Origin: Candidatus Limnocylindria bacterium
GTDB lineage: Bacteria > Chloroflexota > Limnocylindria > P2-11E
Direction: 5' to 3'
Length of the DNA stretch: 64,000 nucleotides
Assembly: GCA_038227105.1 (NCBI GenBank)
Contig: JBBRQB010000002.1
Span: forward strand, 7,983 to 71,982
Shown here: in pieces, positions 34,861 to 43,939 of the stretch
Numbering within the stretch: the stretch's first letter is position 1
How the letters are laid out: each line of letters opens with the position of its first letter
Position numbers and translations under genes: made by a program
Notes under the pieces: generated by a model
Databases searched by the model: none
Told to the model about the DNA's origin: nothing
Seen by the model: only the letters and a program-made list of their open reading frames with translations

Positions 34861-36335
34861 GAGAGGCGGACCGGCAGCCTGCCCCGCGCTTCGGCGCGCC
34901 CACTGAGGACATCGGCGAGCGCCTCGAGCGACACCGGCACGTCGCCGTACGTGAGCAGCGCCGGCACGGTGGGCACGAGCGAGGCGTCGTACGGGCTGCG
35001 CAGCGCGCAGAGGACGCCGCCGTCACGCAGGAGCGACCGCGCACGGTCAGCCTGCGCCGCATCGAAGGACGCGCTCGAGGTGCACACGACGAGCGGCCCG
35101 TCGCCCTGCGGCGCCGAGCCGTCGGTCGAGAACGCGACGCGCGGGCCGAGCCGCTCGCGGAGCAGGTGCTCGAGCCGAGCCTCCGGATCGGCGAGCTCCT
35201 CGACCGGCGATCGCCGCTGGGCGGCGAAGGTCACGACCCGCAGCGGTCCGCCCAGTGGCGGGAGCGCCGGTCCGGCGGCGGTGATCGCGGCGCGCGCGAT
35301 CTCCAGCGCCAGCGCGCGACCCGGCCCGTCGTCGAACGGGCCTACCGGGACTGCGATGCCGTAGCGATCGCGGAACCCGGCCGCGCGGCCGATCGCTTCG
35401 GCCAACCGCGCCGGCGGCACGCCGAGGGCCAGCTGCTCCTGGGCATCGAGCTGCCGCCCGAGCCCCGTCGTCACCATGACCGCGTCGATGCCGGCATTCA
35501 CGGCGCGCGCGAGGACACGCTCGGGCGTCTCGACCTGCGTGAGCCCGGACATGTCCAGCGCGTCGGTGATCGCGAGCCCACCGAATCCGAGCTCGCCGCG
35601 CAGCAGGTCGCGAACGATCCGCGGCGACAGCGTCGCGATGCTGTCCTCGTCGAGCGCGGGGTAGCGGATGTGCGCGGACATGACGCTCGCCGCGCCCGCC
35701 CCGACGGCGGCGCGGAACGGGACAAGCTCGCGCGCCTCCAGCGCGGCGCGGTCGGCGCGCACGTCCACGGTCGTGTGGTGCGTGTCATAGGAGGAGGCGC
35801 CGTGGCCCGGGAAATGTTTCGCCGAGGTCGCGACGCCGGCACCCTCCGACCCGCGGACCCACGCGGCCACGAAACGCGCGACCTGTTGCGGGTCGTCGCC
35901 GAAAGATCGTGTGCCGATGACCGGATTGCGCGGCTCGACGTTGATGTCGCAGACCGGCGCGTGATTCACCCCGATGCCGTCCGCGCGCAGTCCAAGCGCG
36001 ACCGCGCGCGCGGCGCGCTCGGCGTTGAGCGGATCGCCGCTCGCGCCGATGGCCATCGCGCTCGGGAACACCGCGCCGTAGCCGATCCGGACGACGCTGC
36101 CGCCCTCCTGATCCACGCCGACCGGGACCGGCGGAAGCCCGCCGCGCCGCGCCGCGGCAGCTGCCTCGCGCAGCATCGCGCGGACCTGATCGCGTGATCT
36201 GACGTTGCCGCGATACGCGAAGAGCACGAGCCCGCCGATCTGGCCGCGCCCGATCGCCTCGAGGAGCTCCCCGGGGACCGCGGGACCATCGAATCCGGCC
36301 CAGACCAGTGCGCCCGAGGACAGCCTCGCTCCCAC
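34857..36335 (-). CDS. nagZ: Glycoside hydrolase family 3 beta-N-acetylhexosaminidase (second NagZ paralog, no signal peptide)
   Basis: ORF track 492 aa: VGVDQEGGSVVRI...KHFPGHGASSYDTHHTTVDV...LAITDALDMSGL. Confidence 0.85.
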   Translation of the reverse strand: MGARLSSGALVWAGFDGPAVPGELLEAIGRGQIGGLVLFAYRGNVRSRDQVRAMLREAAAAARRGGLPPVPVGVDQEGGSVVRIGYGAVFPSAMAIGASGDPLNAERAARAVALGLRADGIGVNHAPVCDINVEPRNPVIGTRSFGDDPQQVARFVAAWVRGSEGAGVATSAKHFPGHGASSYDTHHTTVDVRADRAALEARELVPFRAAVGAGAASVMSAHIRYPALDEDSIATLSPRIVRDLLRGELGFGGLAITDALDMSGLTQVETPERVLARAVNAGIDAVMVTTGLGRQLDAQEQLALGVPPARLAEAIGRAAGFRDRYGIAVPVGPFDDGPGRALALEIARAAITAAGPALPPLGGPLRVVTFAAQRRSPVEELADPEARLEHLLRERLGPRVAFSTDGSAPQGDGPLVVCTSSASFDAAQADRARSLLRDGGVLCALRSPYDASLVPTVPALLTYGDVPVSLEALADVLSGRAEARGRLPVRLS

Positions 36336-36344
36336 CTGTCGAGC

Positions 36345-36899
36345 CTAGGTGGTCATCGCCTCCGCCGCCGTCGCGACGCGATCGCATGCGCTGCGGAGCG
36401 CGTCGATCTCCTGGTCGTCGAACTTCTCACCGAAGATCGTGCCGATGGCGCGGACGACGTTGGGCGTCGCGCGCTTGAATGCATGCCGGCCTTCGGGGGT
36501 CAGCACGATCAGCTGGCCGCGCCGGTCCGTCTCGCAGGCGTGCCGTTCGATGTAGCCGCGCTCGACCAGCCGGTCGATCAAGCGGGTGAGGCCGCTCTTC
36601 GTGAGGAGGACGCGTTCGGCAAGGTCGGTCGGCCGGATGCCTTCACGGGGCGCGCCGGCAATGTTCACCAGAACGTCGTACTCAGAGTGGCAGACCCCGG
36701 TCGCGGCCAGGGCGACCTCCATCGCGGCGGCCGATGCCGAACCGGCGCGCAGGAACGCCCGCCAGGCCCGGAGCTCCGGATCGGAGGCCCGGCGACCCCG
36801 TTCGTCCTTCTCCTGCTTCTGGGTGGGGGAGGAATAAGTTGTATCTGCAACATGTTCCCGCACAACAAGAGCATACGCTGGTCCCAAGGGGCCGAGCAA
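36345..36899 (-). CDS. MarR-family transcriptional regulator
   Basis: ORF track 184 aa: SEYDVLVNIAGAPREGIRPTDLAERVLLTKSGLTRLIDRLVERGYIER (winged HTH). The TTG start at 36899 runs through a low-GC promoter-like stretch shared with yceI, so the start is probably internal (e.g. GTG ~36863). Confidence 0.75.
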   Translation of the reverse strand: MLGPLGPAYALVVREHVADTTYSSPTQKQEKDERGRRASDPELRAWRAFLRAGSASAAAMEVALAATGVCHSEYDVLVNIAGAPREGIRPTDLAERVLLTKSGLTRLIDRLVERGYIERHACETDRRGQLIVLTPEGRHAFKRATPNVVRAIGTIFGEKFDDQEIDALRSACDRVATAAEAMTT

Positions 36900-36913
36900 G
36901 CAGGAGGCTTTTC

Positions 36914-37456
36914 ATGAAGTGGCAGATCGACCCGTCGCACACGAGCATCGGTGCGAAGGTCAAGCACATGGTGGTGTCCACCGTCCGCGGCAGCTTCGCC
37001 GGGGCGACGGGGACCATCGATTTCGACCCGGCGTCGCCGGAGACCGGCAGCATCGAGCTGCGGATCCCCGCGTCGTCGATCGACACCGGTGACGAGAAGC
37101 GCGACGGGCATCTCCGCTCCGCGGACTTCCTCGACGCCGAGATGTTCCCCGAGATCGTGTTCAAGAGCACGAAGGTCAAGCTCTCGGGCAAGGACCAGTT
37201 CACCGTCGAGGGCGACCTCACCATCCGCGGAACCACCAAGCCCGCGACCGTGAGCGTCGAGCTCGCCGGCATCATCGAGGATCCCCGCGCCGGTCAGCGC
37301 GCCGCGTTCGACGCGACCGCATCCTTCGACCGCACGCAATGGGGCCTCGTCTGGAACATGCCGGTCCCCGGTGGCCTGCTCGTCAGCGAGAAGATCACGC
37401 TCGAGGCCAGCGTCGCCGCCACCCCCGCGGCCGTGGCCGTCGCCGCAGCTGCGTAA
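36914..37456 (+). CDS. YceI-family protein
   Basis: ATG 36914 preceded by AGGAGG. MKWQIDPSHTSIGAKVKHMVVSTVRGSFAGATGTIDFDP...KRDGHLRSADFLDAEMFPEIVFKSTKV is the YceI signature. Confidence 0.85.
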   Translation: MKWQIDPSHTSIGAKVKHMVVSTVRGSFAGATGTIDFDPASPETGSIELRIPASSIDTGDEKRDGHLRSADFLDAEMFPEIVFKSTKVKLSGKDQFTVEGDLTIRGTTKPATVSVELAGIIEDPRAGQRAAFDATASFDRTQWGLVWNMPVPGGLLVSEKITLEASVAATPAAVAVAAAA

Positions 37457-37469
37457 CGTTTAAAGGGCG

Positions 37470-37862
37470 CTAGACAGACCGGCGGCGCGCGCGGAAGCGG
37501 GAGATCGCAAGCTCCCCGAGCGCGCGTCGCCGGGCACGGCGTGGCTCCTTCTCGAGGACGATGCGCCGGATCTGTGCCGACGACGGCACGATCGGCGCGA
37601 TGCGCCGGCGACTTCGCGGACCGGCGATGCGCCCTTCGAGCGCATCGATCACATCTTTCACTCGCTCATCGATCTCGTGGATGTCGAGCGCCCGGTCACC
37701 CAGTACCAGGGAGATCCTGATCTCCAGGAGATCGCTGTCCCGATACCCCACGCCTCGCCTGGTCTGCACGTCCAGCACCGCCCCATGCACGCGCCGCCGC
37801 CACTCGTTGCGCGGTCGCGCGTAGGCGGGGAGCGGGACCGTGATCGAGAACCGTCGAGCCAC
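37470..37862 (-). CDS. Possible RusA-like Holliday-junction resolvase (orphan)
   Basis: ORF track 130 aa: MARRFSITVPLPAYARPRNEW...LDIHEIDERVKDVIDALEG resembles RusA (SITLPxPP ... DxDNxxKxxxDAL) with imperfect catalytic motif. Confidence 0.4.
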   Translation of the reverse strand: MARRFSITVPLPAYARPRNEWRRRVHGAVLDVQTRRGVGYRDSDLLEIRISLVLGDRALDIHEIDERVKDVIDALEGRIAGPRSRRRIAPIVPSSAQIRRIVLEKEPRRARRRALGELAISRFRARRRSV

Positions 37863-37871
37863 GCGGGCAGC

Positions 37872-39425
37872 CTAACCCCGGGTGACGAGGACCTCGACCG
37901 AGTCCCAGCCGGTGGCGCCGCTCGGGAAGGGCGGGCGCCGGATCTGCGTCTCGAGCGCGCCGGTCTTGTCGGTCGTGCGCGCGACGATCTGGTACTTGTT
38001 CGGCCCCGGCGGCACCCAGTCCAGCTTCCAGCGGACCCAGCTCAGCGGGCCGAGCGCCGGCTCGAGCTCGGCCGCGATGAAGGTCTTTCCGCCGTCGGTC
38101 GACACGTCGACCTTCGCGACGCCCCGCGCGCCCGCGAACGCGATGCCCGCGATCTCGATCGGCCCGGCGCCCATCTTGGCGGAGCGGCTCGGCGTGTCGA
38201 TTCGGGTATTCGTGTTCACGACGGCGATGTCCGACCAGCCGCGCTCCATCCAGTAGCCGAGGAAGTCGAACGTGACGCATTCGATCGAGCGGACCCACTT
38301 CACGTTCTTCATGCCGTAGATGTTCGGTACGAGCAGCCGCGCGGGATAGCCATGGTCGAGCGGGATCGTCACGCCGTTCATGAGGTACGCGACGATCGTG
38401 TCAGCCTCCATTGCCTTCTCGAGGCGGATCGAGTCGGTGTATCCGTCGATCGACGTGAGCTTCACGTCGTACGTTTCGGGCTTCGGCTTCGCGCGCGCGA
38501 GCAGGTCGCGCAGCGGCACGCCCGTCCATAGCGCCGTCGAGATGAGCTCGCCGCCCACCTCGTTGCTGATGCACTCGAGCGTCTTCAGCTGCTCGACGGC
38601 CTCGAGATCGAGCAGCTGGTCGTACGTGAGCGAGAACGGCGTCTCGACCGAGCCACCGATGTCGAGCTGCCAGCGCGTGATGTCGGCGGTCGGCTTGATG
38701 AGCGTCGTGTCCACGGTGTAGTGATCGGCGTTATCGGTCACGCGTGGCGTGAGCGCGGCGATCGACTCGAACGTCGGGAGCGCGGCCGGCGGGCTGACCT
38801 TCGAGCGGAGCCGACGCGCGATGAACGGGATGCCCTCCGCGCGCTTGGCGACCGCGCGGATCGCGGCACCGCCGCCGAGCGAGCCGAGCGCGACGACCGC
38901 CGCTACGGCTCCCGCGCCATAGAGGACGCGGCGGCGTGAGGGCGAGCGCACCTCCGTGGACCGCGCGGGCTGGTAGGTCGCCACGCCGGACAGGAGCTGG
39001 AGCGCGACGAAGTACGTCGCCGCGCCGATCCCGCTTGTCAGCAGGACGGAGCTGAGATCCACCGACGCGGGCGCGAAGAGCTGGCCGAGCACGATCGTCG
39101 CGACCCAGGGAAGTGCCCCGAAAAGGAGGACGGTCCGGTCACGCCGCTTCGGATCCACGGTCATCGCGCCGGTGGCGGCACCGGAGGCGAGGAAGAGCGC
39201 GATGACCCCCGCGACCAGGAGCCGCTTGGCCCAGTGCTGGAGCAGCCCGATGAGCGGGACGACGATCGCTCCGGGGAGCACCTCGATGAAGGCCTGGCCG
39301 AGCGCGTCGGGAGCGAACGCGAAGCCCGCGACGCTCGCAAGGAAGGCGATGTCGAGCGCGAAGAACATCGAGAGCGCGCCGACGAGGACCCCGGTACGCA
39401 CGCGATGATCGAGCTGCGGTCTCAC
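37872..39425 (-). CDS. Sulfite-oxidase-family molybdopterin oxidoreductase fused to an N-terminal multi-TM domain
   Basis: ORF track frame 37872..39536, trimmed to GTG 39425 to clear the divergent peptidase start. N-terminal ~200 aa has 4-5 hydrophobic helices. C-terminal LKTLECISNEVGG...VPLRDLL...HGYPARLLVPNIYGMKNVKWVRSIE are Moco-binding motifs. Confidence 0.75.
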   Translation of the reverse strand: MRPQLDHRVRTGVLVGALSMFFALDIAFLASVAGFAFAPDALGQAFIEVLPGAIVVPLIGLLQHWAKRLLVAGVIALFLASGAATGAMTVDPKRRDRTVLLFGALPWVATIVLGQLFAPASVDLSSVLLTSGIGAATYFVALQLLSGVATYQPARSTEVRSPSRRRVLYGAGAVAAVVALGSLGGGAAIRAVAKRAEGIPFIARRLRSKVSPPAALPTFESIAALTPRVTDNADHYTVDTTLIKPTADITRWQLDIGGSVETPFSLTYDQLLDLEAVEQLKTLECISNEVGGELISTALWTGVPLRDLLARAKPKPETYDVKLTSIDGYTDSIRLEKAMEADTIVAYLMNGVTIPLDHGYPARLLVPNIYGMKNVKWVRSIECVTFDFLGYWMERGWSDIAVVNTNTRIDTPSRSAKMGAGPIEIAGIAFAGARGVAKVDVSTDGGKTFIAAELEPALGPLSWVRWKLDWVPPGPNKYQIVARTTDKTGALETQIRRPPFPSGATGWDSVEVLVTRG

Positions 39426-39447
39426 GGCGACCCTCGGGTCCTCATGT

Positions 39448-41460
39448 ATGGCACGATACGCCGCCGTGCCCCGAACGCCGCCTCCACTGACCGCCGACGA
39501 CCTCGCCGCATTCGCGTTCGTGAGCGAAGCGTCCATCTCGCTGGACGGGACGCGCGTCGCGTACGCGGTGCGGCGGATGGATCTCGACGCGAACCGCTAC
39601 CGCGCCGCGATCCACGTCGGCGCCGCGGACGGCGGCGGGCCGGCCGCGCAGTGGACCGACGGATCCGCCGACGATGCGTCGCCGCGCTGGTCGCCCGACG
39701 GCATGCGCCTCGCATTCCTGAGCGACCGCGGCGAGGTGCCCGCGGGGAAGAAGCGCGCACCGAAGAACGTCTTCGTCGTCGAGTCCGCAACGGCGGCGCC
39801 GCGCGCGCTCTCGACGTTCGCGGACGATTGTGCCGACCCTGCATGGCTGCCCGATGGCTCCGGTGTCGTCGCCACGGTGAAGGACGCAGGCGAGGCGCAG
39901 CCCGACGACGCGCCGAAGGTCTATGACCGCCTCCGCTACAAGTCGGATGACGCGGGGCTGTTCGATCTGCGGCGCAAGCACCTGTGGGTCGTTCCGGCGC
40001 GCTCCGGTGCGGCGCGCAAGCTGACCGACGGCGACTGGGACGACACGCAGCCCGCGGTCTCACCCGATGGCTCGGCTGTCGCCTTCACCTCGAATCGAAG
40101 CGCGGACCGTGACCGCAACACCGTCAGCGACATCTGGGTCGTGCCGGTCGCGGGCGGCGACGCCTGGCGGGTGACGACGGAGCGGGGGCAGTACACGAAC
40201 GCATCGTGGTCCCCGGACGGGAAGACGGTGACCTGCCTCGGAACCGCCGAGGCGATCGGCGCGGGCGCGCGGAACACCCGCGTGTGGCGCTTCCCGCTCC
40301 GGCCGGAGGCGGGCGGTGCGGGGGATGACCTCCTCGGCTCGTGGGATCGGACGACGGGCTCGCGCGTCATGAGCGACGTCCGTGGCGAGCCGCCTGCGCT
40401 CGCACCGGCGTGGACGCCGGACGGGTCGCGCATCCTCTTCATCGGCTCGGACCAGGGCACGGCGAACCTGTACTCGGTCAAGGCGAACGGTGGCGACGTC
40501 CGCGCCGAGACCGCCGGCGAGCATCAGCTCGTTTCGGCATCGCTCGATCTCGCCGGCCGCTGCTTCGCCGGCGTGATCGCGACGGCGACGTCACCGGGCG
40601 AGGTCGTGACCGGATCGCCCGGCGGGCCGGTCAAGGTCATCACGAGCCTGAACGCCGCGCTGCTCGGCTCGCGCTACATCGCCACCCCTGAGCGCGTCGA
40701 GTACACCGGAGCGGATGGCTGGACGATCGAAGGTTGGATCCTCAAGCCGGCGGGATTCGATCCAATGATGCGGTGGCCGCTGGTCCTCGAGATCCATGGC
40801 GGCCCGCACGGCGCCTACGGCCACGCGTTCTTCCACGAGTTCCAGGTCCTCGCCGGCCGCGGGTACGCCGTCCTCTACACGAACCCGCGCGGCAGCCACG
40901 CGTATGGCGACGCGTTCGTGCGCGCGTGTGTCGGCGACTGGGGCGGGAAGGATTACGAGGACCTCATGGCCGGCGTCGACCATGCGCTCGGCCTTGGCTG
41001 GGTCGACCCGGACCGGCTCTACGTGACCGGCGGGAGCTACGGCGGCTTCATGACGAACTGGATCGTCGGCCACACCGATCGGTTCGCGGCCGCCGTCACA
41101 CAGCGCAGCATCAGCAACAACGTGAGCGCGTTCGGAACGAGCGACATCGGTTGGCATTTCTGGGAGCACGAGATGGGCGGGGCGACGCCGTGGCGCGATG
41201 GACACAAGCTCGTCGACCGGTCGCCTATGACGTACATCACCAACGTGGACACGCCGCTCCTGATCCTGCATGCCGAGAAGGACTACCGCTGCCCGATCGA
41301 GCAGGCCGAGCAGTTCTTCGTCGGGCTGAAGGTGCTCGGCAAGGAAGCGGTGTTCGTCCGCTTCCAGGAGGACACGCACGAGCTCACGCGCGGCGGCAAG
41401 CCGAAGAACCGCATCGATCACGCCAGACGCATCGCCGACTGGTTCGATGCCCACCCCTGA
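39448..41460 (+). CDS. S9 family peptidase (acylaminoacyl-peptidase / prolyl oligopeptidase type) with N-terminal beta-propeller
   Basis: ORF track 670 aa: repeated WSPDG/VSPDG/WTPDG propeller blades, then VTGGSYGGFMTNW (GxSxGG nucleophile) ...DYRCP..., ...HE... Confidence 0.85.
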   Translation: MARYAAVPRTPPPLTADDLAAFAFVSEASISLDGTRVAYAVRRMDLDANRYRAAIHVGAADGGGPAAQWTDGSADDASPRWSPDGMRLAFLSDRGEVPAGKKRAPKNVFVVESATAAPRALSTFADDCADPAWLPDGSGVVATVKDAGEAQPDDAPKVYDRLRYKSDDAGLFDLRRKHLWVVPARSGAARKLTDGDWDDTQPAVSPDGSAVAFTSNRSADRDRNTVSDIWVVPVAGGDAWRVTTERGQYTNASWSPDGKTVTCLGTAEAIGAGARNTRVWRFPLRPEAGGAGDDLLGSWDRTTGSRVMSDVRGEPPALAPAWTPDGSRILFIGSDQGTANLYSVKANGGDVRAETAGEHQLVSASLDLAGRCFAGVIATATSPGEVVTGSPGGPVKVITSLNAALLGSRYIATPERVEYTGADGWTIEGWILKPAGFDPMMRWPLVLEIHGGPHGAYGHAFFHEFQVLAGRGYAVLYTNPRGSHAYGDAFVRACVGDWGGKDYEDLMAGVDHALGLGWVDPDRLYVTGGSYGGFMTNWIVGHTDRFAAAVTQRSISNNVSAFGTSDIGWHFWEHEMGGATPWRDGHKLVDRSPMTYITNVDTPLLILHAEKDYRCPIEQAEQFFVGLKVLGKEAVFVRFQEDTHELTRGGKPKNRIDHARRIADWFDAHP

Positions 41461-41998
41461 CCTGCGGATCCGGCGCGGCGTCATCGAAGATGCTCCCGAG
41501 GCGTCGCGCCTGCATGCCGAGACCTGGCGCACCTCCTATCGCGGGCTCGTCCCCGACGCGCTCCTCGACGGCCTCGCACCCACACGGTGGGAGATCGGCT
41601 GGCGCCGTAGCTTCGAGTCGATGGATCCGACGCGCGCGGTGCATATCGCCGAGATCGATGGGCGCATCGTGGGCTTCGCCGGCGCTGGCCGGGCACGCGC
41701 CAGCGCGCCGCCCGGCTACGTCGGCGAGGTCTACTCCCTCTACGTGCATCCGACCTGTCAAGGGCAGGGGATCGGCCGCGTCCTGTTGGAGGCGGCGGCC
41801 ACCGGGCTCAGCGAGCGTGGCCTCGTACCGATCGTCATCTGGACGCTGTTCGACAACCCCGGCTCGCGTGGCTTCTACGCGTCACGCGGCGGCGTGGTCG
41901 TGGGTGAGAAGCGCGAGCCGTTCGACGGCTACGAGCTGCATGAGGTGGCGTTCGGGTGGACGGATCCCGCGCCGCTGCTGACCGGCCCAGCGGACTAA
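41447..41998 (+). CDS. GNAT family N-acetyltransferase
   Basis: ORF track 183 aa: ...VHPTCQGQGIGRVLLEAAATGLSERG... is an acetyl-CoA-binding motif. Confidence 0.75.
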   Translation: MPTPDLRIRRGVIEDAPEASRLHAETWRTSYRGLVPDALLDGLAPTRWEIGWRRSFESMDPTRAVHIAEIDGRIVGFAGAGRARASAPPGYVGEVYSLYVHPTCQGQGIGRVLLEAAATGLSERGLVPIVIWTLFDNPGSRGFYASRGGVVVGEKREPFDGYELHEVAFGWTDPAPLLTGPAD

Positions 41999-42396
41999 GG
42001 CTGCTGCGGCCCCAGGTCCAGGTCCTTCGGTGCCTCGTCCGGCAGGATCCATCTGATGTACCCGTAGCCCGTCTCCACGTGCTGCAGGTTCGCGGCATCG
42101 GTCGCGGCCGTGAAGGCGCGCTCAAAGCCGGCACGATCCTGGGTCTCGATCGCAGCGAAGATCGGTACCAGCATCTCGGTCTCGTAGCGCGCGAGCCGCT
42201 CCTGGTATTTGGGGCGGATGACCCCGAGACGGCGTTGCAGCGAGCGGACCCGCCGGCCGTAGAACGCCGCGAGCGGCCAGTTCCCACCCCGGACCGCGTA
42301 CGCGCACTTCCACCACGAATTCCCGACGAGCACCATGAGATCGGCCGTGCCTGGCAGGCCGGTCGCGATCAGCTCCGGTGAAAGCTCGTCGGTCAC
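41995..42396 (-). CDS. Hypothetical protein
   Basis: C-terminal ~130 aa of ORF 41995..42693 (…MVLVGNSWWKCAYAVRGGNWPLAAFYGRRVRS…IRWILPDEAPKD) looks protein-like. The N-terminal part is low-complexity and overlaps the divergent + gene. Start placed at in-frame GTG (V100); alternative ATG at 42336. Confidence 0.35.
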   Translation of the reverse strand: MTDELSPELIATGLPGTADLMVLVGNSWWKCAYAVRGGNWPLAAFYGRRVRSLQRRLGVIRPKYQERLARYETEMLVPIFAAIETQDRAGFERAFTAATDAANLQHVETGYGYIRWILPDEAPKDLDLGPQQP

Positions 42397-42633
42397 GGCA
42401 CTATTGAACGCGATGGCGCACGAACACGGAGATCCGGTGACCGCGTGGCGCCTCTTCTGGTCGAGCGAGCTTCCGTTCCACCGGCGGCTCGTCGCGGTGG
42501 CCCGCAACATGGGGCGGCGGGTCGTCACGCCGCCGCACGACTGCTGTGGCCGGCCGGGCGAGCCGGGCTGCTGACGCCCCGCTCCGGCGGACGGTCGTCC
42601 GCCTGACGCGCATCCCCAGTACCATCGACCCCA

Positions 42634-43134
42634 ATGAAAGAGCTCCTCGAAGGCCGCCGCTTCGGCTTCGCGTTGCGTCCGCAGCTCGGGCACGTCGCCG
42701 CCGGCCTCGGCATCGCCGTGGCCCTGCTCGACCTGATGGCCTGGTTCGGCTGGGGCGTGCGCGACACGAACGGCTACGTCGTGGCCGCGTACTGGGTCGC
42801 CGTCACGACGGCCATCGTCGCGCTGCTCGCGACGGTCACCGCGTTCGTCGAGTCACGTGACGCCGCGGACGAAGACCGCGCGCTGTCGCGGCTCGACCTG
42901 CTCGCCGCATTTGTCGCGCTGCTGTTGTACGCGGTCTCCTGTGTGTTCCGCCTCGCCGATCAGACCGCTCCCGCGGCCGGTCCGGCCGCGGTCGTGTCCG
43001 CGCTCGCCGGGCTCATCGTGCTGCTCGTCGACGGCGTGATCGCCTCGACGCTGTACGCGAGCCGCGAGTGGGAGGTGCTGGATGAAGAGGACTACGAGCC
43101 CCGCCGGCATCAGAAGCGGCGCCGCGTCTCCTAA
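42634..43134 (+). CDS. Small integral membrane protein (4 predicted TM helices)
   Basis: ORF track 166 aa with hydrophobic segments (GLGIAVALLDLMAWFGW; VVAAYWVAVTTAIVALLATVTAFV; LLAAFVALLLYAVSCVF; VVSALAGLIVLLVDGVIAS) and a charged C-tail. Confidence 0.55.
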   Translation: MKELLEGRRFGFALRPQLGHVAAGLGIAVALLDLMAWFGWGVRDTNGYVVAAYWVAVTTAIVALLATVTAFVESRDAADEDRALSRLDLLAAFVALLLYAVSCVFRLADQTAPAAGPAAVVSALAGLIVLLVDGVIASTLYASREWEVLDEEDYEPRRHQKRRRVS

Positions 43135-43937
43135 ACAGCCGCGCCGGTCAGGAAGAACAACACCCGCGCGCTGACCTCGCCCGAGAGCACGCAGCCGAGA
43201 CCCACGTACAGGAGCCCGGTCGACGCCTGCGTGTTCATGCGCGCCGTCCACCATGCCGCGAGCGCGACGGCGAGCGTCATGAAGATGCCGACGCCGATGC
43301 GCAGGCCAGCCGCGACGACGAACGCGATCTCCGTGTTCAGCGTCAGCTCGCCACGCGCGATCGACACGAGCACCAGGCCGAGCTGCAGCAGGACCGCGGC
43401 CACGAGCACGAGCGATGCACGCTGCAGCGGCTCCGTCGAGAGCTTCGGCGTGACGAGGTACCAGTGGCCGAGGAGCATCGCCGCATCCGCACCGCCGAGG
43501 GCGAGCGCGCCGAGCGGGAGCGCGAGCAGCGCGAAGAGGTCGAACGGCGAGGCCGACGGCCGCGCGATCGCGGCGATCACGAGGTCGAACACGCCGGCGA
43601 GCACCGTGATGATCCCGACCGCTTCGCGAACGGCGCGCCACGGGAGGAATGAGACGACGAGCTGGGCGACGACGAGCACGATCACGACGACGAGGACCTG
43701 CGCGAAGGTGCTCAGCACCGCGACATCGAGCCCGACTCTTGGATCGCGCGGGATCGTTGGGATGAGCACGCCCGCGAACGCGATCGCGCCTGCATTCACG
43801 AACGCCGTCAGCTTGAGGAAGCCCGTCGGGGCGCTGCCGGTGCGATCGAGGTACCACATCAGGAATGAACCGCCGATGGCGAGCTCGATCATCAGCACGC
43901 AGAGGACCAGCGGGAGCGTCGCGAGCGTGTTGGGCAC
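43131..43937 (-). CDS. Integral membrane protein (multi-TM, unknown family)
   Basis: ORF track frame 43131..44072, trimmed to GTG 43937 just downstream of the upstream gene's TAG (43940-43942). Almost entirely hydrophobic helices. Confidence 0.5.
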   Translation of the reverse strand: MPNTLATLPLVLCVLMIELAIGGSFLMWYLDRTGSAPTGFLKLTAFVNAGAIAFAGVLIPTIPRDPRVGLDVAVLSTFAQVLVVVIVLVVAQLVVSFLPWRAVREAVGIITVLAGVFDLVIAAIARPSASPFDLFALLALPLGALALGGADAAMLLGHWYLVTPKLSTEPLQRASLVLVAAVLLQLGLVLVSIARGELTLNTEIAFVVAAGLRIGVGIFMTLAVALAAWWTARMNTQASTGLLYVGLGCVLSGEVSARVLFFLTGAAV

Positions 43938-43939
43938 CC

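Noticed and set aside
42420-42693. N-terminal ~100 aa of ORF 41995..42693
   Set aside because: Low-complexity (GRPSAGAGRQQPGSPGRPQQ...) and overlapping the divergent membrane-protein gene at 42634. The gene was trimmed to an internal start.
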